Positions 39,475-49,779 are shown, counted from the stretch's first letter. The stretch: 64,000 nucleotides of DNA from Chitinophagales bacterium (GCA_013001465.1 JABDMM010000039.1:32689-96688); one strand, 5' to 3'. The notes: generated by a model not told the origin, from the letters alone. Numbers and translations are program-made.

Positions 39475-39776
39475 AGAAACTTCCAAATCCCGAGTTATTT
39501 GATTTGACAAATTCACTTTTAAAATACTAAATTTTTAATTACACGCAACAAAGAAACGTACTTCAATGATAAAATCGACTTTTTAAAAGGACTACAATTT
39601 GTTAATATCTAATACGGAGGTAAATATGAAAAGGTTTACAAAATCAAAGCATTGAGTATGATTTAGATAGCAAGGTTTCCTAAAATCTGAAATAAAAATG
39701 AAGTCTGTTAACAAGATTTGAATAACGTCTCAGGAAATCCTTCAAATATTCGACTTAAGAAATATAATTTTATTCG

Positions 39777-41150
39777 ATGCCAAAAGTCAGGACAGCATAT
39801 GTATGCCAAAACTGTGGAGTTACTTCAGCAAAATGGATAGGAAAGTGTCCCGGATGCAATGAATGGAACACCTATACCGAGGAAATTCTTGAAAGAGAAG
39901 ACAGCAACAATAAACCTCAGGTCGAAATCAAAAAGATCTGGGATAACTCAGAAGCCGTTCCACTAAATATTCGGGACATCGATTTTGAAGACTCAAAACG
40001 ACTGTCTACAAGAGATATTGAATTTGATAGTGTTCTTGGTGGTGGGATTGTGAAGGGCTCTCTAATACTATTAGGAGGTGAACCTGGGATTGGCAAGTCG
40101 ACACTACTCCTGCAAACTGCGCTTAAAATCTTTCCTTTAAAGGTACTCTATATCAGTGGAGAAGAGAGTGCAAGACAATTAAAATTAAGAGCTCAGCGAC
40201 TCAATATTGAAAACGATCATTGTTTCATTTATACTGAAACATCAACGCTAAAGATATTCAAGGAAGCTAAAAAGATCAGACCCGATCTTGTGATCATCGA
40301 TTCTATACAAACCATGCATTCACCATACATCGAATCGATGCCAGGCAGTATTTCTCAGATCCGCGAATGTGCGGGAGAGATGCAGCGTTTTGCAAAGGAA
40401 TCCAATATTCCGATCTTTCTTATTGGCCACATTACTAAAGATGGCTCACTGGCAGGACCTAAAGTGCTGGAACATATCGTCGATGCTGTGTTACAGTTTG
40501 AAGGAGACAGGCATTACACATACAGGATTCTGCGTACTATGAAGAATCGCTTTGGAAGTACTGCTACGATAGGTATTTATGACATGAATTCTACAGGTCT
40601 GCGCGCAGTCGAAAATCCATCTGAAATTCTTGTCACAAAAAGAGAAGAGCAACTTTCGGGGATCGCAATCGCTTCGATGATCGAAGGTATCAGACCCTTT
40701 CTTATTGAAACCCAGGCATTGGTGTCGCATTCTTCTTTTGGTATGCCTCAAAGGACGGCAACCGGCTTCGACCACAGAAGGCTTACTATGTTGGTGGCAG
40801 TGCTTGAGAAAAGATTAGGACTTGATCTCGGCAAAAAAGATGTCTTTCTTAATATCGCCGGAGGAATTAAAGTCGATGACCCTGCTACAGATCTATCTGT
40901 CGTCGCATCCATAATTTCCAGCGCTCGCGATTCAGTTATTCCTCCGGATTTTGCATTTACAGGTGAAATTGGACTTAGCGGCGAAGTTCGGGCAGTAAAC
41001 AGGATCGAAAAAAGGATCGAAGAAGCTCAAAAATTAGGATTCTCTCGTATTTTTATTTCAAATTATCAATCCGCTCCCTCAAGTAAAAAGTATAGCATCG
41101 ATATTGTGAGACTCTCGAGGATACAGGAACTACTTAAATATATTAATTGA
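39777..41150 (+). CDS. radA: DNA repair protein RadA/Sms
   Basis: Zinc finger CQNCG...CPGCNEWNT, Walker A GGEPGIGKST, KNRFG motif and a Lon-like C-terminal domain. Confidence 0.96.
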   Translation: MPKVRTAYVCQNCGVTSAKWIGKCPGCNEWNTYTEEILEREDSNNKPQVEIKKIWDNSEAVPLNIRDIDFEDSKRLSTRDIEFDSVLGGGIVKGSLILLGGEPGIGKSTLLLQTALKIFPLKVLYISGEESARQLKLRAQRLNIENDHCFIYTETSTLKIFKEAKKIRPDLVIIDSIQTMHSPYIESMPGSISQIRECAGEMQRFAKESNIPIFLIGHITKDGSLAGPKVLEHIVDAVLQFEGDRHYTYRILRTMKNRFGSTATIGIYDMNSTGLRAVENPSEILVTKREEQLSGIAIASMIEGIRPFLIETQALVSHSSFGMPQRTATGFDHRRLTMLVAVLEKRLGLDLGKKDVFLNIAGGIKVDDPATDLSVVASIISSARDSVIPPDFAFTGEIGLSGEVRAVNRIEKRIEEAQKLGFSRIFISNYQSAPSSKKYSIDIVRLSRIQELLKYIN

Positions 41151-42178
41151 TGGAAAGAACTGAACTGAGCGACCTTGGAGAATTCAAGCTTATTGAAAAG
41201 CTTACATCAAAATTCAAAACATACCACCCATCAACTGTCAGGGGTGTTGGTGATGATGCTGCTGTGATAAAAAATAGATCAGGACTCACTGTGGTCACTA
41301 CAGACCTGCTACTAGAAGGAGTTCACTTTGATCTCTCTTACTTTCCTTTAAAGCATTTAGGTTATAAATCCGTGATGGTTAATCTCTCGGATGTCTGCGC
41401 AATGAATGGCAAAACAGAGCAGATCACGGTTTCTATTGCATTGTCGAACAGGTTTTCACTAGAAGCTGTGGAAGAACTTTATGAAGGAATTCGGTATGCA
41501 TGCAGTTATGCTGAAATCGACCTGATCGGAGGTGATACGTCAACATCGCTTAAAGGACTGGTGATAAGCGTTACTGCGATCGGAACAGTGGACGAGAAAA
41601 AAATCACATACAGGAAAGGAGCTAAAGCCGGGGATATCATTTGTGTATCTGGTGACCTTGGAGCTGCTTATACCGGTCTTCAACTCCTAGAGCGGGAAAA
41701 ACAGATCTTTATTGAAAATCCTGATATACAACCCGACCTGGAAAATCAGGAACACATAGTAGGTAAGTTCCTGAAACCTGATGCCAGAATGGATATCGTA
41801 AAGCTACTAGCAGAACTTGAGATCGTTCCTACTTCGATGATCGATGTGTCTGACGGTTTATCATCAGACTTGCTTCATATTTGTCACCACTCGAACGTAG
41901 GATGCAAGTTGTTCGAGTCGAAAATTCCGATTCATGGCGACACCTATAACATGGCACTTAAATTTCAGCACGATCCTACAACATGCGCATTGAACGGAGG
42001 TGAGGATTATGAACTGCTTTTTACCATAGATCCTGCAGAATTGAACAAGTTCACTGAGGACCACAATGTGAGAGCGATCGGTGAGATCACCGATAAGGCT
42101 CATGGATATAAGCTAATATCGAAATCAAATAATGAGCATGATCTTATTGCTCAAGGTTGGCAGCACATGAATCAATAA
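41147..42178 (+). CDS. thiL: Thiamine-monophosphate kinase
   Basis: GDDAAV, the AIR-synthase-like fold and DVSDGL motifs. ATGA overlap with radA. Confidence 0.9.
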   Translation: MMERTELSDLGEFKLIEKLTSKFKTYHPSTVRGVGDDAAVIKNRSGLTVVTTDLLLEGVHFDLSYFPLKHLGYKSVMVNLSDVCAMNGKTEQITVSIALSNRFSLEAVEELYEGIRYACSYAEIDLIGGDTSTSLKGLVISVTAIGTVDEKKITYRKGAKAGDIICVSGDLGAAYTGLQLLEREKQIFIENPDIQPDLENQEHIVGKFLKPDARMDIVKLLAELEIVPTSMIDVSDGLSSDLLHICHHSNVGCKLFESKIPIHGDTYNMALKFQHDPTTCALNGGEDYELLFTIDPAELNKFTEDHNVRAIGEITDKAHGYKLISKSNNEHDLIAQGWQHMNQ

Positions 42179-42915
42179 GTCTGAGCAGATTTAACTCCTT
42201 TTAGGATAGACTTTACACTTGCCCTTTTTCTGTAATTGTAGTTGAACTGGACGAAAACAATTTTTCCTTTTTGATCGATCACATAAGTTGCAGGAATGGG
42301 CAAAAATGATTCAGATGCACCATTATGTGCAGCAATATTAGTGTCCAGATCTTCTTCGATCTTAATATCATAATCTTCGTGCACTTTGAACAAAACATCG
42401 AAATTCTTCATAATGCTCATATCCTTATCGCCTAAGATCGAAAAGTTGGCACCGGATTCTCTGAGAAGTTCTTTCTGATGCGTTTGCATTTCCGGGCTCA
42501 CAGCAATAAATGAAGCACCGGCTTCACTTATCATCGGAATTGAATCGGTAATGGCAGAATAATAGCGAACACAAACCGGACACCAGGATGCACGATAGAA
42601 TTGTAATACAACCGGTCCTTTCTCCAGCATTGTTTTTGAAGATATGGTCTTTCCATTTTGATCTACTCCAACAAAATAAGGTGCCCGCTGGCCAACTTTC
42701 AGGCCGGTTGGGATCATCGCCTTATCGTCTATCCCAAAAAGTGTTAGATCAAAAACCTCGTCTTCTCCTGAAACGGAAGCTGAAGTAGTATTTTGAATTG
42801 TATTTGACGATCCGGAGTCGCTATTATTCACTATCTCTTCCTTTTGTTTACATTGTACAAACAATAAGGGTACTAAAAAAAGAAGTATTAATTTACTTTT
42901 GATATTGAGTTTCAT
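42172..42915 (-). CDS. Thioredoxin-fold redoxin lipoprotein (AhpC/TSA-like)
   Basis: Lipobox LFVQC. A Ser/Thr-rich linker, then FYRASWCPVC. Confidence 0.85.
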   Translation of the reverse strand: MKLNIKSKLILLFLVPLLFVQCKQKEEIVNNSDSGSSNTIQNTTSASVSGEDEVFDLTLFGIDDKAMIPTGLKVGQRAPYFVGVDQNGKTISSKTMLEKGPVVLQFYRASWCPVCVRYYSAITDSIPMISEAGASFIAVSPEMQTHQKELLRESGANFSILGDKDMSIMKNFDVLFKVHEDYDIKIEEDLDTNIAAHNGASESFLPIPATYVIDQKGKIVFVQFNYNYRKRASVKSILKGVKSAQTY

Positions 42916-42921
42916 GGTATT

Positions 42922-42929
42922 TAAGTTTG
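42922..42929 (+). promoter_or_regulatory. -7 box TAAGTTTG upstream of the rhomboid gene
   Basis: TAnnTTTG match 14 nt upstream of the ATG at 42944. Confidence 0.45.
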
Positions 42930-42943
42930 ACTAAGCGTTATTT

Positions 42944-43606
42944 ATGATATTTCCAATTGGTGATGATCAGGTTAGAGGAGGCAGTATACCCATATTCAGC
43001 TATGGGTTTATTGTCCTGAACATTCTGATCTTCATCTTTCAATTATCCTTAACAGAACAAGGACTATACCAATTTTACGAAAACTTTGCCACAAGACCGG
43101 ATGAGATTCTTCAAGGTGAGGAATGGCATACGTTGGTTAGCTCGATGTTCCTTCATGGTGGGTGGATGCACCTGATCGGGAACATGATGTTTCTGTGGGT
43201 ATTTGGCGATAATATTGAAGCGACGATCGGGAATTTTCGATTCTTGCTATTCTATCTTGCAGGCGGAGTATTTGCTTCATTTTCACACGTGTTTTTCAAT
43301 CTTGGAAGTGAAATATTTACCTTGGGAGCAAGTGGTGCTATATCAGCAGTTTTAGGAGCTTACCTGGTCATGTTCCCGAGATCCAGGATCAAAATGTGGG
43401 TGATAATTCTGTTCAGGAGCTTCAAGATCGCTGCATTTTTGTTTCTTGGATTTTGGATCGTTCAGCAATTGATCAGTGGAATTGGAAGTCTAAATCAAAG
43501 CGGAGCAGGTGTAGCGTGGTGGGCGCATATCGGAGGTTTTGTGTTTGGTGTTATCTTCGGCTTATTTAACAGGAAAAAGGCTCTCGCAATGGTTTATGGA
43601 AACTAA
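42944..43606 (+). CDS. Rhomboid-family intramembrane serine protease
   Basis: HGGWMHLIGNMMFLWVFG, catalytic GASGAI, and the downstream AHIGGF His. Confidence 0.9.
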   Translation: MIFPIGDDQVRGGSIPIFSYGFIVLNILIFIFQLSLTEQGLYQFYENFATRPDEILQGEEWHTLVSSMFLHGGWMHLIGNMMFLWVFGDNIEATIGNFRFLLFYLAGGVFASFSHVFFNLGSEIFTLGASGAISAVLGAYLVMFPRSRIKMWVIILFRSFKIAAFLFLGFWIVQQLISGIGSLNQSGAGVAWWAHIGGFVFGVIFGLFNRKKALAMVYGN

Positions 43607-44802
43607 TTCTTCAACACCATATTAGAAACTGTATCACCGATCGAAAGAGACGAAGTTGCTGCAGGAGAAGGTGCATTACAGACATTGATAACCCTGTCAT
43701 CGTCGTAAAAAATAAAATCATCGACCAGTTCGCCATTATCCCTGCATGCCAAAGCCCTAACTCCTGCTCCACCTTTTACCAGATCTGCTTCAGTTATTTC
43801 AGGGATCAGTTCCTGAAGAGCTTTGGTAAAAGCACTTTTCGATAAAGAGCGATAGAATTCGCCAATACCTATCTTCCAATACTTCGATGCCATTTTCAAG
43901 AAGCCTTTGTATGTAATCGTTTCGACGAATTCATTCAGTTTAAAATCAAAAAACTCATAACCCTCTCTTTTAAATGCCAGAACCGCATTAGGCCCAGCTT
44001 CAACTCCGCCCTTAGCCATTCTGGTATAGTGCACTCCCAGCCAAGGGAAGGCGGGATCAGGAGCAGGATAGATCAACGCATTGACCAAATACTCCTTCTC
44101 TTTTTTTAGTTTATAATACTCTCCTCTGAAAGGAAGGATCTTCATTTCGAGAGCTTTATCATGCGTGAGTTTTGCAAGTTTATCCGAATACAAACCGGCG
44201 CAATTCACCACTTTCTTTCCTGTGAAAACTCTATCCTCACTGCAATGAATTTCGGTATGATCACTGTGTTTCTTAATATTATTCACCTTACAATCGAGTA
44301 TGATCTCACCACCAGCACTTTTTATTAGTTCAGCATACATTTCGGCAACGATCCTGTAGTCGACAATACCAGCCTGAGGGACCCAAATTGCTTTTATACC
44401 ATTGACATGAGGTTCCTTTTCACGCATCTCATCGAGACCGATCATCTTAAGACCTTCGAGCTTGTTTGCGACACCCTTTTCATATACTGCCTGAAGAGAC
44501 TCAAGCTGACTTTCCCTGGTAGCCACTATTATTTTACCTGTGATCTCGTAAGGAATATCGTATCGTTGGCAAAAATCAAGAAGCATCTGATAACCCCTGA
44601 TGCAATTAATGGCTCTTAAGCTACCCGGTTTATAGTATACACCTGAATGGATAACGCCACTATTGTTTCCGGATTGATGAACGGCAATTCTCTCCTCCTT
44701 TTCAAGAATAGCGAGCTTGGTATCGGCATTTTTTTCGAGGATCTTCAAAGCTGTAGCCAAACCAACGATTCCACCACCAATAATTATGACATCATACTTC
44801 AT
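43603..44802 (-). CDS. lhgO: L-2-hydroxyglutarate oxidase (FAD-dependent)
   Basis: MKYDVIIIGGGIVGLA dinucleotide-binding start at ATG 44802, then a DAO-family core. The longer ORF up to 45024 looks like a non-coding extension. Confidence 0.85.
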   Translation of the reverse strand: MKYDVIIIGGGIVGLATALKILEKNADTKLAILEKEERIAVHQSGNNSGVIHSGVYYKPGSLRAINCIRGYQMLLDFCQRYDIPYEITGKIIVATRESQLESLQAVYEKGVANKLEGLKMIGLDEMREKEPHVNGIKAIWVPQAGIVDYRIVAEMYAELIKSAGGEIILDCKVNNIKKHSDHTEIHCSEDRVFTGKKVVNCAGLYSDKLAKLTHDKALEMKILPFRGEYYKLKKEKEYLVNALIYPAPDPAFPWLGVHYTRMAKGGVEAGPNAVLAFKREGYEFFDFKLNEFVETITYKGFLKMASKYWKIGIGEFYRSLSKSAFTKALQELIPEITEADLVKGGAGVRALACRDNGELVDDFIFYDDDRVINVCNAPSPAATSSLSIGDTVSNMVLKN

Positions 44803-44824
44803 AATATAAAGCTTAATTCGAGCG

Positions 44825-44832
44825 CAAAAGTA
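44825..44832 (-). promoter_or_regulatory. -7 box TACTTTTG upstream of lhgO
   Basis: TAnnTTTG match on the minus strand, 22 nt upstream of ATG 44802. This supports the shorter start. Confidence 0.45.
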
Positions 44833-44949
44833 ATAATAAAAGACAGGGGAATTAAAAAATGAGAATTTAGGAACAGGATTTGAAGTTTGCAAACGCAACA
44901 TTCTGATATTGAATCCGTAACTATAACTAAACCATGATCTTATCCTACA

Positions 44950-46608
44950 ATGGATCAGATAAAAACTCAGAATTCTCGACACTACCATTCTACTGAAGGT
45001 GCTGAAGCATTGATTAATCAGCATACACAGCTTACCTATGTCTTTTTCGAAAGGTCTGCCGATCTTTTGGCTATTCTGGATTTTAAGGGAAATTTATTGC
45101 AGTTTAATCCTGCCTGGGAACAGAAATTAGGGTTTAGCAGGACAGAATTTGAGAAAAATAATTTCCTTCATTTTGTCGCCAGAGAAGATCAAAAAAGAAG
45201 TAAAAACCTTCTAAACAAGATCAGGCAAGGGCAATTCCGGGATAATTTCGAAAATCGTTTATATACGATAGAAACAAAACAGATCTGGGTTGAATGGAAT
45301 TTCTTTGTTGATAGAGAGAAAAAATTGATCCTTCTACAAGGAAAGGAGACTACGGAAGAAAAAAACAACGAAGCTCAGTTGAAATTCCAGCTAGCTTTTG
45401 GGGAATTGATCTCCGGCATTTCCAATAAACTGTTAATGAGTAATATCGACAAGACCGATGAATCGATCATGGAATCGTTAAAAATGGTTGGTGATTTCCT
45501 TAAAGTAGATCGTGTCTTCTTCCATAAAGTAGTAGACGATTGCTTTACTGTTAAAAGATTATATGGTTGGCGGTCAAGTCAGGATGGAGGTAGCATAATA
45601 GGAGATCAGTTCTGCCTTCAAAATTTCCCATATGCTTACGAGCAATTACATTCAACGGGAGTATTCTATGTTCCTTCCGCCGATATGCTTGATGAGAGGT
45701 ATGTTGAAGAAAAAAAATATTTCTCCAAAAACAACATCAAGTCTTACTTGTCAACCCTTGTTAACATACAAAACAAGTTTCAAGGGTTTTTTTATATCGC
45801 AACACACCAGCTTGAGCGCAAATGGTCTCAGGATAGTGTAGCCCTCATTCAGATCCTGGGTCAGGTATTCAGCAACGCAGTTCACCGCAAGGAAGTTATT
45901 GATGTTCTTCGTGCGAGAACAAGAGAATTAGAAAAGTCTAACAAAGAGCTTGAACAATTTGCATATGTGGCCTCCCATGACCTTAAGGAACCTTTGAGGA
46001 TGATCAGTAGCTATGTTCAGTTGTTGGATAAAAAATTTGAAACTACGCTCGACACAGAGGCTAAAGAGTTTATTTCCTATGCTGTCGACGGGGTGAAAAG
46101 AATGCATAATCTGATCAATGATCTATTGGAGTATTCAAAAGTTGGAAAACAAGGTAATGCACATATTGAAACAGACATCAACAATGTACTCGATATCGTT
46201 AAGTTGAATCTGGGAAAACTGATAAATGAGAATAACGTAAGTATAAAAAATAAAAAACTTCCAAATGTTGTCGCTGATCCATCTCAAATGGTTCAACTAT
46301 TTCAAAATCTCATCGACAATGCCATCAAATTTCGAAAAGGTAAAGCACCTAAAATAGAAATAGGCTATAAAGAGACCGCAACACATTTTAACTTTCATGT
46401 TCGGGATAATGGAATAGGGATCGATCCTGCCTACAGAAATAAGATCTTTGTTATTTTTCAACGCTTAAATAACAGGAACATCTACATCGGTAATGGGATC
46501 GGACTATCTATTTGCAAGCGTATTGTAGAAAACCACAGTGGTTCGATCTGGTTTAAATCGAAGTTTGGTAAAGGTTCTACTTTTTATTTCAGTATAAAGA
46601 AAGTATAA
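44950..46608 (+). CDS. Cytoplasmic PAS/GAF sensor histidine kinase (orphan)
   Basis: N-terminal PAS-like region, a GAF-like middle, HisKA ASHDLKEPLRM, N box NLIDNAIKF and G box GNGIGLSICKRIV. No TM segments and no adjacent response regulator. Confidence 0.88.
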   Translation: MDQIKTQNSRHYHSTEGAEALINQHTQLTYVFFERSADLLAILDFKGNLLQFNPAWEQKLGFSRTEFEKNNFLHFVAREDQKRSKNLLNKIRQGQFRDNFENRLYTIETKQIWVEWNFFVDREKKLILLQGKETTEEKNNEAQLKFQLAFGELISGISNKLLMSNIDKTDESIMESLKMVGDFLKVDRVFFHKVVDDCFTVKRLYGWRSSQDGGSIIGDQFCLQNFPYAYEQLHSTGVFYVPSADMLDERYVEEKKYFSKNNIKSYLSTLVNIQNKFQGFFYIATHQLERKWSQDSVALIQILGQVFSNAVHRKEVIDVLRARTRELEKSNKELEQFAYVASHDLKEPLRMISSYVQLLDKKFETTLDTEAKEFISYAVDGVKRMHNLINDLLEYSKVGKQGNAHIETDINNVLDIVKLNLGKLINENNVSIKNKKLPNVVADPSQMVQLFQNLIDNAIKFRKGKAPKIEIGYKETATHFNFHVRDNGIGIDPAYRNKIFVIFQRLNNRNIYIGNGIGLSICKRIVENHSGSIWFKSKFGKGSTFYFSIKKV

Positions 46609-46679
46609 GTAATCCTATCGTATAATTGATCGTTCCTTTAAGTTTTTAACATTTCCAAAGCTTCTTAATTCCTAATTGA

Positions 46680-46687
46680 TATTTTTG
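46680..46687 (+). promoter_or_regulatory. -7 box TATTTTTG 4 nt upstream of the antiporter ATG
   Basis: Sequence reads TATTTTTGagccATG. Confidence 0.4.
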
Positions 46688-46691
46688 AGCC

Positions 46692-47651
46692 ATGATATTA
46701 TGGCTGGTAATTTTTGTGGTAGCTCTGTTTGTACTAATTCGATCGGCAGATTATTTTATTGATGCCAGTGAAACCATAAGTATTCAATTCAATATCCCGT
46801 CCTTTATCGTGGGTGCTACATTGGTATCCATAGGCACTTCACTACCTGAATTAGTAGCTTCTTCATTCGCCGTACTGGAAGGAGCGCCTGAAATTGTTGT
46901 TGGGAATGTCGTTGGAAGCAATATTTCCAACATATTGCTCATCTTCGGAGTCGCTCTACCGGTCATGAAACGAATAAATATCAATTTTTCTGACCTAAAG
47001 GTAGATTACATGTTCCTTTTTGGCACCTCGGTTGTATTGGTAATTTTTCTATGGGATTACAAGATCTCGACCATTGAAGTGGTTTTTTTGCTTGCAGGAA
47101 TGATCTCTTACGTATTTTACTTAGTGAAACATCACAAGATCGCTAATGAGGATATAGAAAAGTACGACGGAGAAAAAGTGGGTTGGAAGGTATATACACA
47201 GTTTGTTTTGAGCGCTGTAGCCATATTCATTTCAGCGAAGTATACTGTTGAAGCAATAATAGAACTGGCACGAATATTTGAAATTGGAGCGGAGATCATT
47301 GCACTTACAGTTGTGAGCCTTGGGACTTCAATTCCTGAGTTGGCTGTAAGCATTTCAGCAGCTCGAAAAGGACTTACAGATATAGTGATCGGAAACATCC
47401 TGGGGTCTAATATATTCAATACACTTGCCGTGATGAGTATTCCGGCATTCTTCGGAAAGCTTGTCATTCCTGTAGATATAAACTATTACAGTTTACCGAT
47501 CATGGTTTTGGCTACTGTTCTCTTTGTTATTATTGCAATTCGAAAAACCGGAGGAACGACATCAGGGATCATTTTACTTGGACTTTATGTCCTCTTTATT
47601 GTGGGAATTTTCGAAAAGTGGAATCTGAAAGACCTTATTGATAAGATTTAG
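46692..47651 (+). CDS. Ca2+/Na+ antiporter (CaCA family, YrbG-like)
   Basis: Two alpha-repeats, each with GTSLPEL / GTSIPEL and GN(V/I)(V/L)GSNI. Confidence 0.92.
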   Translation: MILWLVIFVVALFVLIRSADYFIDASETISIQFNIPSFIVGATLVSIGTSLPELVASSFAVLEGAPEIVVGNVVGSNISNILLIFGVALPVMKRININFSDLKVDYMFLFGTSVVLVIFLWDYKISTIEVVFLLAGMISYVFYLVKHHKIANEDIEKYDGEKVGWKVYTQFVLSAVAIFISAKYTVEAIIELARIFEIGAEIIALTVVSLGTSIPELAVSISAARKGLTDIVIGNILGSNIFNTLAVMSIPAFFGKLVIPVDINYYSLPIMVLATVLFVIIAIRKTGGTTSGIILLGLYVLFIVGIFEKWNLKDLIDKI

Positions 47652-48727
47652 TTGTCACTGATCTTAAAAACTGCCGTTCTTACTCTTTTGGTGGGTTGAT
47701 CTTCTAATATCTCATCGAGTATCAAGCTTTGAGCCGAAGGATCCTGAAAAACCTGGTCGATGGTTCTTATAATTCCAAAAGGGATGTTGTTTACCTGCAA
47801 GTTTTGGCTTATCTCGAGCATATTAAATACATTGAATGCATCTTTTAACACCGAAAACAATTCCTTTCTGTGAATGACACGCTCTCTGTTTGTGCCATAT
47901 CGTTTATCAGCAGCAAGATCAGGGATATCAAGCACATTTGTTAAAGAGTTAAACTGTGAATCACTGCCAATAGCAAGAACAAAGAACACATTGTCTGAGG
48001 AACAAAACACTTCACCATAAGGTGCGAGGTTTGGATGTAAAGTTCCCATTCGTTGAGCTATCCTTCCAGTCATAAGATAATTCGAAGCCTGGTTAGTTAG
48101 AGAAGATATCGCAGTGTCATATAGAGATACGTGTACCAATGAACCCTTCCCTGTTTCAGATCTCTTATATAACGCACACAACAGACCTTCCTTTAGCTGA
48201 TGCGCTGTGAGGACATCCATGAATGCAACAGGTAGTTTCACCGGACCGCTAGACGGAGTCCCATTCATAGACATATATCCACTTTCAGCCTGGAGAACAA
48301 CATCGTAAGCTGTTCTCACATCATCAACTCCATAACCAGTGATGAGACCATAGATAATATCTGTCTTGATCTTTTTTAATGAATTGAAGTCCATTTGAAA
48401 TGCTTCTGCCTTCTCTGCTCTGAAGTTAGCAACTACTATATCTGCATCTTCGATATGAGCATGGGCAGTTTCTCTATCCGATCGATCGTTTAAATTGAGT
48501 TTTAAGATGGTCTTATTGTAATTTGCACTTGAATAGTAAGCTGAAACAGGGCTGTCTGAACTCTCTTCTGCAAGTTTCCAACCACGAGTGACATCACCAC
48601 CTGATAGCTTGTTCTCGATCTTGATCACCTTAGCTCCCAATTCAGAGAAAAAACTACCAACCAAAGGCCCGGCAAGCACACTTGCAAGCTCAACAATTTT
48701 CAAACCAGAAAAAATTTTCTCATCCAT
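47648..48727 (-). CDS. Family III CoA-transferase (CaiB/BaiF family)
   Basis: N-terminal LSGLKIVELASVLAGP pattern, and the size and layout typical of CaiB/BaiF. Its start overlaps the upstream stop (TAATG). Confidence 0.85.
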   Translation of the reverse strand: MDEKIFSGLKIVELASVLAGPLVGSFFSELGAKVIKIENKLSGGDVTRGWKLAEESSDSPVSAYYSSANYNKTILKLNLNDRSDRETAHAHIEDADIVVANFRAEKAEAFQMDFNSLKKIKTDIIYGLITGYGVDDVRTAYDVVLQAESGYMSMNGTPSSGPVKLPVAFMDVLTAHQLKEGLLCALYKRSETGKGSLVHVSLYDTAISSLTNQASNYLMTGRIAQRMGTLHPNLAPYGEVFCSSDNVFFVLAIGSDSQFNSLTNVLDIPDLAADKRYGTNRERVIHRKELFSVLKDAFNVFNMLEISQNLQVNNIPFGIIRTIDQVFQDPSAQSLILDEILEDQPTKRVRTAVFKISDN

Positions 48728-49713
48728 TATTTACCTTGTTGAATTGCAGGTTTGTACCCAAATAAAGAAAGTGTTTCAGAGCCAATTCCAATAAATGATC
48801 GATAGTTAAGTGGAAATTCCAGAAAGACATGAAGCATGCTTAGGAAATATAAAGCGATAAGTCCGGTCTTGTAATTATATGCATATAAACCAATAGAAAG
48901 AAGCCAGATCAATACTAAAATGGCAAGATTTCTTCGTGAAATCTTATGCCAACCGATGATCGAGGTTTTAGAAAACCAGTTCAGATAGTGATAGGTATAG
49001 GCAAAGGCAATGAATCTCATTACTGACATTCCCAGAGAGGATGTGAGCACCGTGCTCTTTGTTTCTGAACCGATCTGCACCAGATTCATGATCTCAATAT
49101 TTAGATTATGAAAACCACTTTCAACAAAACTTTTTTGAACATATGAGCTTGTAGCATACCAGTCAAAATCGACTTTCCACAGAAAAAAGCTAAGGGATAA
49201 CACAATAAACACTATAAGTGAAGCGATACCGGAAAAGCTCCTGGACTTCATAGCACCATATAGAATAAATGCACCGGTGAAAATGAATACGTGAATTATT
49301 GTGGGAAGAAAAACAGCAAAAAATAATAAGTACGCTCTGTTTTCACTGAAAACTAATGCTGAAAAAAATAGCACGACCAGAAAGATCAGCTTAGGAATAA
49401 ATTTCTTGAAAAGCACCATTGCCAAAGCACTAAAGAATGCAATAAAAATGAGGTTGTGAACAAGGCTTATACCTTCTTTAAACACGAATGAAAACAGAAA
49501 GACAAAAACACATAGAAAAACAAGCAAGAAATAATCCTTCTGATTATTCGTGAAATACTTTCGTTCGTGTAACCAATGGATCTCAGTAAGATAATGCAGC
49601 GGACCTAAAACAGCATATGCGAAAAGAAAAAGTTCAAAAGGAAGGACAAAAGCAATAGCTGCAGCCAGGAACATCAGTCCTATATTGAGATAATTTACAG
49701 CCGTTGTTGTCAT
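48727..49713 (-). CDS. Hypothetical polytopic membrane protein with conserved-looking His motifs
   Basis: About 9 hydrophobic helices. His-containing motifs GPLHYLTEIHWLHE, PTIIHVF, YTYHYLNWF and LHVFLEFP. No family recognised. Confidence 0.7.
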   Translation of the reverse strand: MTTTAVNYLNIGLMFLAAAIAFVLPFELFLFAYAVLGPLHYLTEIHWLHERKYFTNNQKDYFLLVFLCVFVFLFSFVFKEGISLVHNLIFIAFFSALAMVLFKKFIPKLIFLVVLFFSALVFSENRAYLLFFAVFLPTIIHVFIFTGAFILYGAMKSRSFSGIASLIVFIVLSLSFFLWKVDFDWYATSSYVQKSFVESGFHNLNIEIMNLVQIGSETKSTVLTSSLGMSVMRFIAFAYTYHYLNWFSKTSIIGWHKISRRNLAILVLIWLLSIGLYAYNYKTGLIALYFLSMLHVFLEFPLNYRSFIGIGSETLSLFGYKPAIQQGK

Positions 49714-49766
49714 CGCTCTAAGTTAATTAATCATGTAAGAACTATAGGGAATGAAGTTTGAGTTTC

Positions 49767-49774
49767 TACCTTTG
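49767..49774 (+). promoter_or_regulatory. -7 box TACCTTTG 5 nt upstream of the ABC transporter ATG
   Basis: Sequence reads TACCTTTGaagctATG. Confidence 0.4.
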
Positions 49775-49779
49775 AAGCT

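Noticed and set aside
44803-45024. A 74-aa N-terminal extension of the lhgO ORF, overlapping the divergent kinase gene.
   Set aside because: The FAD-binding MKYDVIIIGGG start at 44802 is the canonical N-terminus, and a TAnnTTTG box lies 22 nt upstream of it. The extension is Phe/Ser/Tyr-rich nonsense.
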